Shown here piece after piece: positions 1 through 9,736 of a DNA stretch of 15,202 nt; position 1 is the stretch's first letter; each line of letters opens with the position of its first letter. The translations under genes were made by a program, and so were the position numbers. Source of the DNA: Amoeboradix gromovi X-113 (Eukaryota > Fungi > Sanchytriomycota); NCBI GenBank assembly GCA_018985225.1, contig JADGIF010000198.1:1-15202 (forward strand), written 5' to 3'. The notes below the pieces were generated by a model. That model was not told the origin of the DNA. It did not search any database and saw nothing but the letters and a program-made list of their open reading frames with translations.

Positions 1-72
1 TAAAGTAATAAAGCTGAAATAATGTTCCAAGTTGTTACAGAAAGTTAGTCTAGTTTTTATATTTGATGTCCC
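1..72 (+). mobile_element. MITE-like TIR element copy A (right end only, cut by window start)
   Basis: 1-72 matches the right end of copy B (2899-2961) apart from a 9-nt indel. It ends in the right TIR AGTTAGTCTAGTTTTTATATTTGATGTCCC, followed by ACTT (73-76). Confidence 0.85.
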
Positions 73-568
73 ACTTGCTTTTCTGAAACTGAATTCTAGG
101 GACTCAGTGTCTTCCAGAAGATTATAAGTTAACACAAGACATGATGATTAGACTAAAAAAACTATTGAAGCTGGGAAAACGTTTTTAAGCAAAACATTCC
201 ACGAAGCGAGTACATTAAAAAATAGAAGAACATGAAAAAATGAAAGGCAAGAGGCTAACTAGAAATGTTAGGGGAATTGGAACAACCGCTGAATTGAAAA
301 TGAGACGATTTCAGCTGCTTTGGCCAATTTAGATCTTATTTCCTTTCAACCTTGTCAATTAATTTAAAGTGAATTGAGCAATATGTGTTTCAGAGCATTT
401 CAGTAGGAGCTTGTACCAGTACGCCTTTAAGTGCAGCGACACTGTGGGAGATTTGTAAGCAATACCCCCATAAATATTCTTGTCATTTGATATGCAGTAA
501 CATATTACACGATACACAGCTATTAAGTATAAAGTCATCCTAAATAGACAAATACATTTATTGTGAAG

Positions 569-1735
569 TTATCTGGTAGGGTCTTCTTCCCCTAGTTTGC
601 TTCTGCTCCAAAACCTTGTGGCGCAATCATTTGAACCTGTAGCTAATACATGTCCCAACGGATGCCAATCCATTGTCCATATAGCTTGATCATGCGCACT
701 GTTCACAAATCCTATAGGTGTCTCATGTGAAGTGGACCAATAAAATATATCACCGGTAATTGTTGCACTGGCAAACATGTTTTCAAACACTGGATGCCAT
801 TTAGCAACAGAAACATCTTTTTGAGTTCCTTTAAAGGTTTGCAGTTCTCTTCCTGTTCTTATGTCCCATAATTTCAAAAGTTGATCCTTGGATCCAGTTA
901 ATAAATGAAACCCGTTTCTGTTAAATTCAGTAACGTGCACAGTATTCTTATGTGCATGCAGTGTCATCAAGCATTTTGCTGTTCGAGCGTCCCACAACTA
1001 AATTAAAGAATCAAGTACCTTGACCATATTGTCTTTACTTCCACTTGCAATCAAACTGGAATGAGGATGCCAGTCTACCGTCTTCACATCCCAACCATGT
1101 CCAGTTAAGGACGACTCTTCAACGCCTGAAGCGAAATCAAATATTTTTACAGACTTATCGTCGGATCCACTGACAAACTTGGAATCTGATGGGGAGAACC
1201 CAATCCCTCTTACCGGTTCTTCGTGCGCTTTAATAATCTTAATGTTGTTTAATGATTGCTGAAAGTACTTGATTATGCCACTTTGATCACCAATAAGCAA
1301 GAAATTGTCACTGTAGGACCATCGCATAATTTTTATTGACGCTTCATGTGCCTGTTGGATAGTCTCAAAGTTGAAGGTCAAAGAGTTCCAAAGGGTTAAT
1401 TCACCACTGTTGCTAGCAGTGATCAACCTACGGCCATCTGGATAAAACGTAATTGCGCCAATTGGTGATCTAAATTTGTTTATTGCTGTATGAATAAATC
1501 TTGTGCAAATAGCAGAACCAACATTGGAATAAGCATGCGGAGGAATATTGGCCAATGAGAAATTGGGAAGCGGTGGCGTGTATGAGGGTATTTTCTTAAT
1601 TCCATAAAATGGGTGTGATTTTTCATAAAGAAAATGACAGTAGTAGTCCACCGTTTTCCGGACAAATGCCTTTTGTAGTCTTTTTGCGAATTCCACATAC
1701 TCTCCCTGGTGCTGCTGGTTATTATGATTTTCCAT
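569..1735 (-). CDS. PFS2: Polyadenylation factor subunit WDR33/Pfs2 (WD40); join(1735..1019,997..569), ~381 aa
   Basis: N-terminal RKTVDY, then ICTRFIHTAINK, YPDGRRLIT..SGELTLWNSLTFNFETIQQAH, LTGHGWDVKTVDWHP and DWHPLGHVLATGSND..TRFWSR are WDR33/Pfs2 signatures. Removing the 21-nt intron 998-1018 gives DNMVK^LWDARTAKC. The start could alternatively be the ATG at 1771. Confidence 0.93.
998..1018 (-). other. 21-nt spliceosomal intron GTACTTGATTCTTTAATTTAG (phase 0)
   Basis: GT-AG. Its TAG is the in-frame stop separating the two PFS2 ORFs. Removal restores the WD40 motif VKLWD. Confidence 0.9.
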
Positions 1736-1851
1736 GGTTACTGCTTCACAAGGAGAAGATAGAAATTTCATCAAAAACCCGTCCACAAGGCAAATATAAG
1801 TGACGTTAGCATTCCTTAAGGACTATGATTTAAATATAAAAAAATCTAACG

Positions 1852-2418
1852 CTACAAATTTATTGAATCAATTTGATCCTCTTCCTGCTGTACCTGCAAT
1901 TTAGGCAATCGCTCCTGCTGCATTTGGTGAGGTTGGCCATAATTTGGATCTAGTTGTGGAATAATTGAGCCTTCTGCGCCAGGGGTCGGTCGCTGAAGTG
2001 GCGGCAGAGTCTGCTGCTGTTGCATTAGTTTCATTTGCTCTAAATATTGTTGCTCCATCCACTGTCGCTGAACCTGATCAAAGTTTGCTGGTATGGCTCC
2101 TTGTGGTTGTGGCTTAGATTGATCTCTAAATCTTTGAAGGTATAGTTTTAGAACTTCGGAATAGTTTTCAAATCCCAAATTCTCCATTGCCCATAGTATA
2201 TCCTCTCCATTTATAGTCTTTCTCTTCTCTTGTAAACATCTATCTGCTGCCTCGGATGTAATAAACCCAATAAATTCCGAGACGCATTCTTGGACACATT
2301 CCTTGGCATCCTTTGCTATTTTCGCGTTATCGGGTAGTGTTTTTTTCATTATTCGGGAAACATTGGCAATTGGTAAGTATCTATCTTGTTCTCTATGATC
2401 TCTATGGTGGTCATCCAT
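1852..2418 (-). CDS. HAP3: CCAAT-binding factor subunit NF-YB/Hap3 (histone fold, Gln-rich C-terminus), 188 aa
   Basis: [72 protein letters not shown] is the canonical NF-YB core. Confidence 0.96.
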   Translation of the reverse strand: MDDHHRDHREQDRYLPIANVSRIMKKTLPDNAKIAKDAKECVQECVSEFIGFITSEAADRCLQEKRKTINGEDILWAMENLGFENYSEVLKLYLQRFRDQSKPQPQGAIPANFDQVQRQWMEQQYLEQMKLMQQQQTLPPLQRPTPGAEGSIIPQLDPNYGQPHQMQQERLPKLQVQQEEDQIDSINL

Positions 2419-2491
2419 TTTTTCGGCGTTTCAGTTTCAAAGGAGAGAATAAAAGTTTTGGTTGATACAATATAGAAGCGATAGCAGAGAT

Positions 2492-2961
2492 GGGACGCCA
2501 AATATAAAAACTAGCCTAACTCGTTTTTAAAGAAGGTGCACCATACGGAGGAAATGCTATCATTAATAAAAGATCTTCTATCATACCAATTTTCTTTCAT
2601 TGATTGTATTCCTCTTTTCAAAATAAAACTAGAAGACCCTACATCTCTTTCAAATATATGAGGTCTTTGAGCATCTAAGTAAAAGGTGCATTTTCTTAGA
2701 CGGTACTCTTTCTTCATTTCATTTAATGTTATACTAACATCATTACTCTTGTCAATGTCTTTGAAGTGTAATAGTGATATTTTATTTGAAATAAAGATTG
2801 GATGAAAGAGTAAGAGAATAGCTGTACAGAATATTTATTTTCCTTTCATACTCGTCAACTCCGCAACTAGCTGGATGTCCACTCGTCTCTTAAATCCATA
2901 AAGTAATAAAGCTGAAATAATGTTCCAAGTTGTTACAGAAAGTTTTTATATTTGATGTCCC
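2492..2961 (+). mobile_element. MITE-like TIR element copy B (470 bp)
   Basis: Starts GGGACGCCAAATATAAAAACTAGCCTAACT and ends AGTTTTTATATTTGATGTCCC (right TIR has a 9-nt deletion). The first ~125 bp are near-identical to 15075-15202 and the last ~65 bp to 1-72. Flanks are AGAT / ATGT. Confidence 0.88.
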
Positions 2962-3373
2962 ATGTGGTTAATTTGATTTAAATTAATTAGCGTTTTTTAA
3001 AGACTTTTCTGAAACCCAGCTACAAACCATGTCCAGCCTTAGATCTCTCAAGAAGCACGATTTTATAGTCTTCTTCATTGCCTGGAAGTACTATCAACAT
3101 CTCTACCAAAGCATTAACTATTTTTTTATTTGGGATTTGCAACAAACCTTTCCGTTCTACCTTGATGATAAACCATTCTCATCGCGTACTTTCTCTATTA
3201 CCCAATCTTATGTCAGAAGCCTATATTTCCAGAAACAAATTCTGCATATATCAGACCTACTTTTATTGAGACATCGGGTGTTAATGGTAACCCAGCGCTA
3301 GTACAATGTTCTGGAAGGACTTGAACACTAAATTTTTCGGAAAATTTTTGATAGGTTCTTGGCCATGTGATAT

Positions 3374-3656
3374 GGGACACCAAATATAAAAACTAGACCA
3401 AGTCGTCTTTAAAGGAGGTGCTCCATAAGGAGGAAATACTATTAGTAACAAAAGTCCTTTTTCATTAATGTCATTCCTCTCTTTAAAATAAGACAAGATG
3501 ACCCACTCTCTCTTTCAAATAAGGTCTTTGAGTGTCTAAGCAAAAGGTGCAACCAATAAGATTAATTTAATGTATCTTACTATCGGTTAATACACACTTG
3601 AAATAGTGATTCAAATTATCTCAGAAAGTTAGCCTAGTTTTTATATTTGATGTCCC
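3374..3656 (+). mobile_element. MITE-like TIR element copy C (283 bp, diverged shorter variant)
   Basis: Starts GGGACACCAAATATAAAAACTAGACC and ends AGTTAGCCTAGTTTTTATATTTGATGTCCC. The internal first ~175 bp are homologous to copy B. Flanked by an ATAT direct repeat (3370-3373 and 3657-3660). Confidence 0.9.
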
Positions 3657-3712
3657 ATATGTTATATCTACTTCATTTTTCTGATCCGCTCTTACCCCAA
3701 TACTACCCCCAG

Positions 3713-4682
3713 ATGAAGCCAATTGTTGCATTTGGTCACGAAAGACCAGTTACACGGTTAGCAATCAACAGAGACGGCGATCTGGTTGTTAGCGGATCCA
3801 AAGACTCTACAATAGCACTTTGGAATTTAAACACTTTGGAATGCTACGGGACTATGCAACATCAAGGTGCTATACTAGATGTAGATATATTTAACGTTAC
3901 CATAGTAAGTGCTAGCGCAGACTTTACTCTCTGCATATGGTATAACGGTGAAATGAAAAAATCTTTGAGTTGTAATCAAATTGTTAGAAGTTGTCAATTC
4001 TCGAGGAGCGGTCAAAGAATACTTGTTTTACTTGAAAAATATGCGAAGCATGACAACAAGGTACTTTTAATTGATAGAGATTGCGAAATCAAGCAATCTC
4101 AAACTTTGACTTCTGAGCATGACAAAGCAACGATCTGTCGTTGGGGTCCTCTGAATGAAAGCGTATTAGTTGGATTTGAAGACGGCACTATTCTCGTTCT
4201 AGACAAGGACTTCAAGGAATTGAAGAAAATTAAAGACAATGACAGAAACATTACTGACATTCAATTAAGTGTAGACCAAAGCATGTTTATTACTTCATCC
4301 AAAGACCATACTGCGCGTCTATATGATTTTGAGTTTAATCCATTGCGAGTGTACAAATCAGATCGACCAGTAAACAGCGCGAGTATTTCGTCTAAAAAAG
4401 AGCATGTTATTCTAGGTGGTGGACAAGAAGCGTAATTTAAGCTAACTTAGCATGGACGTTACCACAACAGCTGGGCAGTCTGGTAAATTTGAAGCAAGAA
4501 TATTTCATAGGATTTATGAAAAAGAGATTGGAAGAGTACCAGGTCATTTCTCTCCAATTAACTCAATAGTGTTCCTACCAGATGGCACAGGGTACTTAAG
4601 TGGAGCTGAAGAAGGGTCTTTTAGAATACATTTCTTTGATGAAGATTACTTTTATTTCAAAATGCACCCAGAGGAGCAATAA
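3713..4682 (+). CDS. TIF34: Translation initiation factor eIF3 subunit i (WD40); join(3713..4431,4451..4682), ~316 aa
   Basis: Starts MKPI...GHERPVT...NRDGDL. Later motifs are YKSDRPVNSASIS, VILGGGQEA^MDVTTT...GKFEAR, EIGRV.GHF.PINS, SGAEEG..RIH.FDEDYF. The 19-nt intron restores the conserved GGGQEAMDVTTT. Confidence 0.95.
4432..4450 (+). other. 19-nt spliceosomal intron GTAATTTAAGCTAACTTAG (phase 2)
   Basis: GT-AG with a GCTAAC branch motif directly before TTAG. Removal gives GAA GC^C ATG GAC (E-A-M-D). Confidence 0.95.
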
Positions 4683-4725
4683 AACTAAGTAATAAATTTA
4701 AAGCTTCTATTTATTGTCTCTACAC

Positions 4726-5043
4726 TTACTGTGCATAATATTCAGGCTTAACTGATTTAATACCGTACTCAGCTAATGCCTGACTCAAATCTTGAACAGT
4801 TAACACCATCTTTCTAGTTTTGTTCTTTTTGTCACCATTCTGCTTGCTATAATGTAATGCGTCAGTAGCAATGTCAGTTACAAACTTTTGAGCGGCTAAA
4901 CTTATTACTCGTTGAACCCGTACATCATCACACGAAAAACCAGCCTGGTTTAATATGGGTTTTGTGATTGCATCGGGTATTAAAGGCTCAGTTGTTTCCA
5001 CTATGTTTAACAGCTCTGCCAATGCACGATCAGATTTCTCCAT
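4726..5043 (-). CDS. TAF10: TFIID/SAGA subunit TAF10, ~105 aa
   Basis: PLIPDAIT..IL.QAGF.CDDVRV.RVISLAAQKFVTDIATDALHY...MVLTVQDLS.ALAEYGI...KPEYY. The first ATG is at 5043 (the ORF-track start is a GTG). Confidence 0.95.
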   Translation of the reverse strand: MEKSDRALAELLNIVETTEPLIPDAITKPILNQAGFSCDDVRVQRVISLAAQKFVTDIATDALHYSKQNGDKKNKTRKMVLTVQDLSQALAEYGIKSVKPEYYAQ

Positions 5044-5275
5044 GTTTAGCACTTTGAATCAAATTTCATAATTCTTAGCTTTGGCACATATAGCCCATTA
5101 TAAGATTTCATCAGCCTTTCAACTCCTGGTAAAGACTAGAGAGGTTTTGACCGGCTCTTTCGCATTTTCAGGATAGGTTTTACAACTCCCCATCCACTGT
5201 GCAACTCAGTCGAATACTTGCAATTAATAGTGAGCCATTTAGTTATATAGTAGATTATTTAATTTACTTATTTTA

Positions 5276-8272
5276 TTATTCATTCACAGCGCTGTTATCT
5301 TCTGTTTTTTTGTTTTCGTCAAAACTCCCTAATACTTTACTTGGCGATATACTATGTTGCTGTCCAAAACCTAGCTGAGGTCCTGGTTGAGGCCCGCTTT
5401 GAGGCTGCACCTTTTGATGCACAGGCAATGTTGGGACCATTCCTTGCTGTCCATAATAGTATTTCATTTGCTGCTGTTGCTGTTGTGGTGGAGGATATTG
5501 TTGCATATACATCATCTGTTGCTGTTGCTGTTGGATTATAATTTGCTGGCTCTGCTGCGCCCTTCTTTGTTGCTCCATCATTTGCATTTTATACTTTTCT
5601 TGGAATTGCGCTACTTTATCAATCTGTGGCTGCAAGTATTTGATCCATTTTGGTTCAATCTTGTGCTGAAATTGCCCAACAACTCTTATCATATGGTGTT
5701 GATACATCTGCGTATTTATCTTAACTTCCAGCTGTCCTTGCTGTTTAGCTCGTTGCCACGTCTCTGCGTAATGCGTTTTTTGCATTTGCAAGTACTGATC
5801 TACAACCGCATCTCCCTTGTTGCTGTCTTTACTTAGCGCATCCACGTAGTCATATAAGCATCTCAAATACGCTTGTACATATGCTGTTTGCGCGAGTACA
5901 ACATCAGATGATTGCTGCTGCTGTTGTTGCTGTACTGGCTTCTTATATTGTTTTATTTGAGCCACTTCTTCGTCGCTGCTCTCGTGTATCTCCATCAAAC
6001 TGCTTACACTGCTACTCTCTTGATTGCTGTTCGTGCTTGCTATATCAAACTCCTCACTGCTCTCATCCTTTTTCCGCTTCTTAACCGGCATCTGTTCTAT
6101 TTCCTCATCAATGTTGGCCAACAACTCAACATCGACATCACTCATAATATCCATCTCATCCTGTCGATGCAATCTCTTTCTTTTACGTGGAACTATCAGT
6201 TGCTCATAGTTCAATGGGAATTTAAATTCTATCAACAACTGGCAGTATTGCAGTTCTAACTCATGAGTCACATCTACTATATCGCTATCAATCTCGTTGT
6301 ATGTGTGTGCATTATTAAACATTAAGCATACGTCACTGTGGAACTCCTCCGCATTGCTATAAGACCGGTTTAATATTTTGTTGTAAATAGTGGATAAATC
6401 CATTGGTTCTTTAATAATATCAAAGTAATCCGGCAGCTCTAATTCTACAGGATCAACAGGCTCCTCAAATGGCCAACCGTGAGGGCTAGCCAACAAAGAT
6501 TTACAAATGCTTAGCAATGAGTAAAACAATGGCAAGTCGCATTTAATTTCAGATAATGGAGTGCTGAATTGCAGGTCATTGATATCTATGAATTCAGTGT
6601 TTCCATCTGCTAAGTTTACACCTACAGAAGATCTGGAATAAAAACTGGGTTTTAACTGCAACTGCTTTAACTCCTGTATGAACAACTGCTCCTTGTCTAC
6701 TTGGTCCTGCTTCAGCTTGAGTAATGACTCATGCTGAATTCTATTTAACTCAACAATTTGGCGTTGTTGTTTGTTGATCAAATCCTGTCGTTTTAACTGC
6801 TCAACATGCAGCTGATCCGATATATTCAGTTCTGCTAATTGCAAACATCTATGAGTAGAGAACAGAAGTTCGTCATTAGAAAAGCTAATGGTATTACTAG
6901 CGTGCTTTGATAATAGCTCTAAATGCGATTCGAAATCATCTTTGAAATTAGAAAAACACTTGGACAATGCAGGGTAGATAGTAGGGTGCTCGGAAATCAG
7001 CGGGTTTGCTAACAGTGCCTCCCAATCTTCAATGGTATACGCTAGCAAATACCATTTCGAATCATCCGAACACCTAAGAGGATCGGATGTATCGATTGGT
7101 GTTCTATACCACAGGCACTCGTCGTATAGCCAGTAAAACTCACCACACTCATTGATGCTGCTAATTGAGGGTGTCCAAATAGGTTCAAATCTCATATACT
7201 CGGCATGGTACTTATCGCTAGCATTTTTGTAGTATTCAAAGTGGCTACTGAAAGCATTCTCAACCAATACAGATAGGATTAGACATCTCAATTGGAACTG
7301 GCACTGAAAAAATGAAAAAGAATTTGTAGCAGATTCGTTTGAAGGTGGCGGATCATCAAATTCAGCAACTTGTTGCTTCGTAGGTCTAATAGTAGACATG
7401 TTGCCTTGAATCGATTGTTGATCACCTTGCTGCATCACCTGAGGAACCATATGGCCATTATGCAGCTGCTGACGAATTTGCTGACCATTTTCCATTGCGC
7501 TCTTTCTGAAGTGTTGAGTTTGCTGCTGCTGATACATAACTTGACCTTGAGGATGAACAGGAGCAGCAGAAACTGGGCGGTATTGTTGATATTGTTGATA
7601 AACATGAAAAGGAGGTGGTTTAAATTCTTTAAAATCAGATAGCGCAGACCGCAATTGGGTGAGTGACTTGGAAGCAGGGAGGCTTTGAAATGGAGAATCA
7701 TTAGTGAGGTTTGCGTAAGAATTGTTGTTGATGTGGATCAGCCATTGTTTTAAATGTGCTTGCCAGTTTAACAAGTCGATGGACTTACGTTTGTAAGTAC
7801 ATTTAAGAAGAGAGATAATTAAATCAACGCATTTAGCACCATGGTCGCTGGTTTCTGATTCACCCTGCAGGAACAGCAAGAAGTCTAAACTACTTGTTGT
7901 ATCTGGCTCGATTTTCCAAAACAGCCGAGCATAGGAAGAGGGAATATGAAATAGGTTATGTTGCTCAATTGGGGATTTTCGATAAGGATGCCAACAACGT
8001 AAAAAGGAAAAGATGTCAAAAAATTCACTTGTTAGAAAAGTGATGTTTTCTAAATCAGTACCCTTCGTGTGTTCAATCTTTTGTTGACCAAGGAGGTGGA
8101 GTCTAATGGCTTCCAATGAAGGATTATCATCAAGGGTGGAATTGGAGGACTTACAATCATGTGACACGGTGTTTACTAAGGACTTCACTTTAGCAAACAA
8201 GTCCATCTTAATCATTTCCTCGTGGATATTGGAATCGCGATCAGCAATTTGTTTTTGCTTTTGAGATGACAT
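5276..8272 (-). CDS. Bromodomain protein with putative DDT/WHIM-type motifs and Gln-rich regions (CECR2/RSF1-like ISWI partner), ~998 aa
   Basis: Clear bromodomain (HGWPFEEPVDP..L.LPDYFDIIKEPMDLSTI..KI....Y....EF.SDVCLMFNNAHTYN). GEFYWLYDECLWY...KWYLLAYTIEDWEAL resembles the WHIM2/3 (WSD) motif. First ATG (MSSQKQK) is at 8272; the ORF-track extension overlaps the AMT gene. Confidence 0.85.
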   Translation of the reverse strand: MSSQKQKQIADRDSNIHEEMIKMDLFAKVKSLVNTVSHDCKSSNSTLDDNPSLEAIRLHLLGQQKIEHTKGTDLENITFLTSEFFDIFSFLRCWHPYRKSPIEQHNLFHIPSSYARLFWKIEPDTTSSLDFLLFLQGESETSDHGAKCVDLIISLLKCTYKRKSIDLLNWQAHLKQWLIHINNNSYANLTNDSPFQSLPASKSLTQLRSALSDFKEFKPPPFHVYQQYQQYRPVSAAPVHPQGQVMYQQQQTQHFRKSAMENGQQIRQQLHNGHMVPQVMQQGDQQSIQGNMSTIRPTKQQVAEFDDPPPSNESATNSFSFFQCQFQLRCLILSVLVENAFSSHFEYYKNASDKYHAEYMRFEPIWTPSISSINECGEFYWLYDECLWYRTPIDTSDPLRCSDDSKWYLLAYTIEDWEALLANPLISEHPTIYPALSKCFSNFKDDFESHLELLSKHASNTISFSNDELLFSTHRCLQLAELNISDQLHVEQLKRQDLINKQQRQIVELNRIQHESLLKLKQDQVDKEQLFIQELKQLQLKPSFYSRSSVGVNLADGNTEFIDINDLQFSTPLSEIKCDLPLFYSLLSICKSLLASPHGWPFEEPVDPVELELPDYFDIIKEPMDLSTIYNKILNRSYSNAEEFHSDVCLMFNNAHTYNEIDSDIVDVTHELELQYCQLLIEFKFPLNYEQLIVPRKRKRLHRQDEMDIMSDVDVELLANIDEEIEQMPVKKRKKDESSEEFDIASTNSNQESSSVSSLMEIHESSDEEVAQIKQYKKPVQQQQQQQSSDVVLAQTAYVQAYLRCLYDYVDALSKDSNKGDAVVDQYLQMQKTHYAETWQRAKQQGQLEVKINTQMYQHHMIRVVGQFQHKIEPKWIKYLQPQIDKVAQFQEKYKMQMMEQQRRAQQSQQIIIQQQQQQMMYMQQYPPPQQQQQQMKYYYGQQGMVPTLPVHQKVQPQSGPQPGPQLGFGQQHSISPSKVLGSFDENKKTEDNSAVNE

Positions 8273-8351
8273 GTAAAAGGAGTTTTCGGGGGGAAACACG
8301 AAAAAATCCAGTGATTGGTGAATTGCAAGTGCCAAAAGATAAGATTTACTG

Positions 8352-9736
8352 CTACAAGTCTTCCTCACTACCTTCCTTGGACGCTTTTCTGCTGTTTTTA
8401 ATACTACTTTCAACTGCCTTAAGACCCCAGCTAGGCTGAGAAGCAGGAGACGTACCAATTTCCTTCATTCGCGGTTTTGGCATGTTAATTAACTTCAAAT
8501 AGTCGAACGTAGATTCTCCCATCTCAACTGCATCTATGCCATTAATTTCGTCGTCGTCATCTATAGTTAATGCTAGCCCTGGGATTTTATTGAGAGCCAA
8601 CAATATAAGTCCCGTAACCGTAAATGACCAAGCGAAGCAAACAAGACAATCGACAAGTTGCCATGCGAAAAGCATACCATCTCCCTCTATTGCGCCAGTG
8701 TACTTGATAGTGCTTCCGTCCAAACTCGCCCAGTATCTTTGAGTAAATATTCCAGTACATAAATTGCCAACAATACCACCTACGCCATGCACAGCAAAAA
8801 CATCTAGCTATGTTAGTTAATTAGTACTGTGTCATCAAACTTGAATCTGTTCTTCAATTTGGCAGCCATGTTGCAACAGAACGCACCTGCAAATCCAATA
8901 AAAATAGAACTTCCTGGACTAACATAGCCGCAAGCGGGGGTGATAGCAACCAAACCTGCCACTGCTCCTGAGCAAAAAGATATTGCACTAAACTTCTTCT
9001 TTTTGAGATAGTCTATTACCATCCACGTTATAGATCCTGCTGATGCTGCTAAATTTGTAGCGACAACAGCAGCTGCAGCTCTTCCATTAGCAGCTACTGC
9101 GCTTCCACCGTTGAATCCGTTCCACCCAAACCATAAAAACATGGTTCCTAAAATGACATTTGAGGGTGAATGCGCGACTGAAGGTAGGTTAGTTTTGTTT
9201 CCAATCACTAAAGTATATGCCAATGCTGCTGAACCTGATGCGATATGAACCGGACTACCACCTGCAAAGTCCAGACTTCCGTTCTGTCTCAACCAGCCAT
9301 TTTTACCCCAAGACCAGTATGCTATAAAATCGTACACAAATGTGCTCCAAAGAAAGATGAATACCATTTTTGGCAATAACCTAGCCCTTGCAGACGTTGC
9401 TCCAATCACTAATGCCGGCGAAATGCCAGCAAATGTTGATTGAAAGAATGCGAAAGCAAAATCTGGGTAAGCATCAGTTGAACTGCTAGTCATGCCAGAA
9501 AACACGCCATTTGTGAAAGTCCCGATAAATGGGCCACCGTCTGTACCAAATACCAATGAATATCCAAACAGAAACCATTGAATCATCACTATGGAGTAGG
9601 AAACAAAGCATAACAACAACATACTCAGAGCACTTTTAGAGTTTGCCATACCACTGTAAAAGTAGCCAAGTCCTGGAATCATAATAAAAACCAGGGCACC
9701 ACTTAGAAGTAGAAAAGCAGTATCGCCAGATGACAT
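8352..9736 (-). CDS. Ammonium transporter, Amt/MEP family; join(9736..8828,8807..8352), ~454 aa
   Basis: GDTAF...LVFIMIPGLGYFYSG, LDFAGGSPVHIASG, LWFGWNGFNGGS, GAVAGLVAITPACG and FDDT^LDVFAVHGVGG. Both pore histidines are present (twin-His type). Confidence 0.96.
8808..8827 (-). other. 20-nt spliceosomal intron GTACTAATTAACTAACATAG (phase 0)
   Basis: GT-AG with ACTAAC directly before ATAG. Removal restores the conserved DD-x-LDVFAVHG. Confidence 0.95.

Noticed and set aside
419-434. U5 snRNA loop-like GCCTTTAA hairpin
   Set aside because: Does not match the invariant GCCUUUUAC loop, and there is no long stem or Sm site.
998-1000. In-frame TAG between the two PFS2 ORFs read as stop-codon reassignment (TAG=Gln) or readthrough
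   Set aside because: A consensus 21-nt intron explains it and restores VKLWD without a 7-aa insertion. TAA and TAG end conserved genes at expected positions, and Gln tracts use CAA/CAG.
3029-3496. ORFs 3029-3301, 3078-3269 and 3281-3496
   Set aside because: No recognisable motifs, mutually overlapping, and the last runs through a TIR. An ALGY match to the Utp21 N-terminus is not supported by the downstream sequence.
2492-3656. CRISPR-like array from recurring ~30-bp repeats
   Set aside because: The repeats are inverted pairs hundreds of bp apart with homologous interiors, in a eukaryotic context.
5053-5275. RNase P/MRP or U4-like RNA in the TAF10-bromodomain spacer
   Set aside because: Only fragmentary resemblance; the P4 consensus with bulged U is not satisfied.
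5341-8742. Antisense and alternate-frame ORFs inside the bromodomain and AMT genes (likewise 1480-1698, 1609-1803, 13724-14005)
   Set aside because: They are shadows of real CDSs; the poly-Leu/Ala/Val runs mirror CAG/CAA tracts.
4432-8827. Frameshifted pseudogenes or programmed frameshifts in eIF3i and AMT
   Set aside because: Exact GT-AG excision restores conserved motifs, and both halves are intact.
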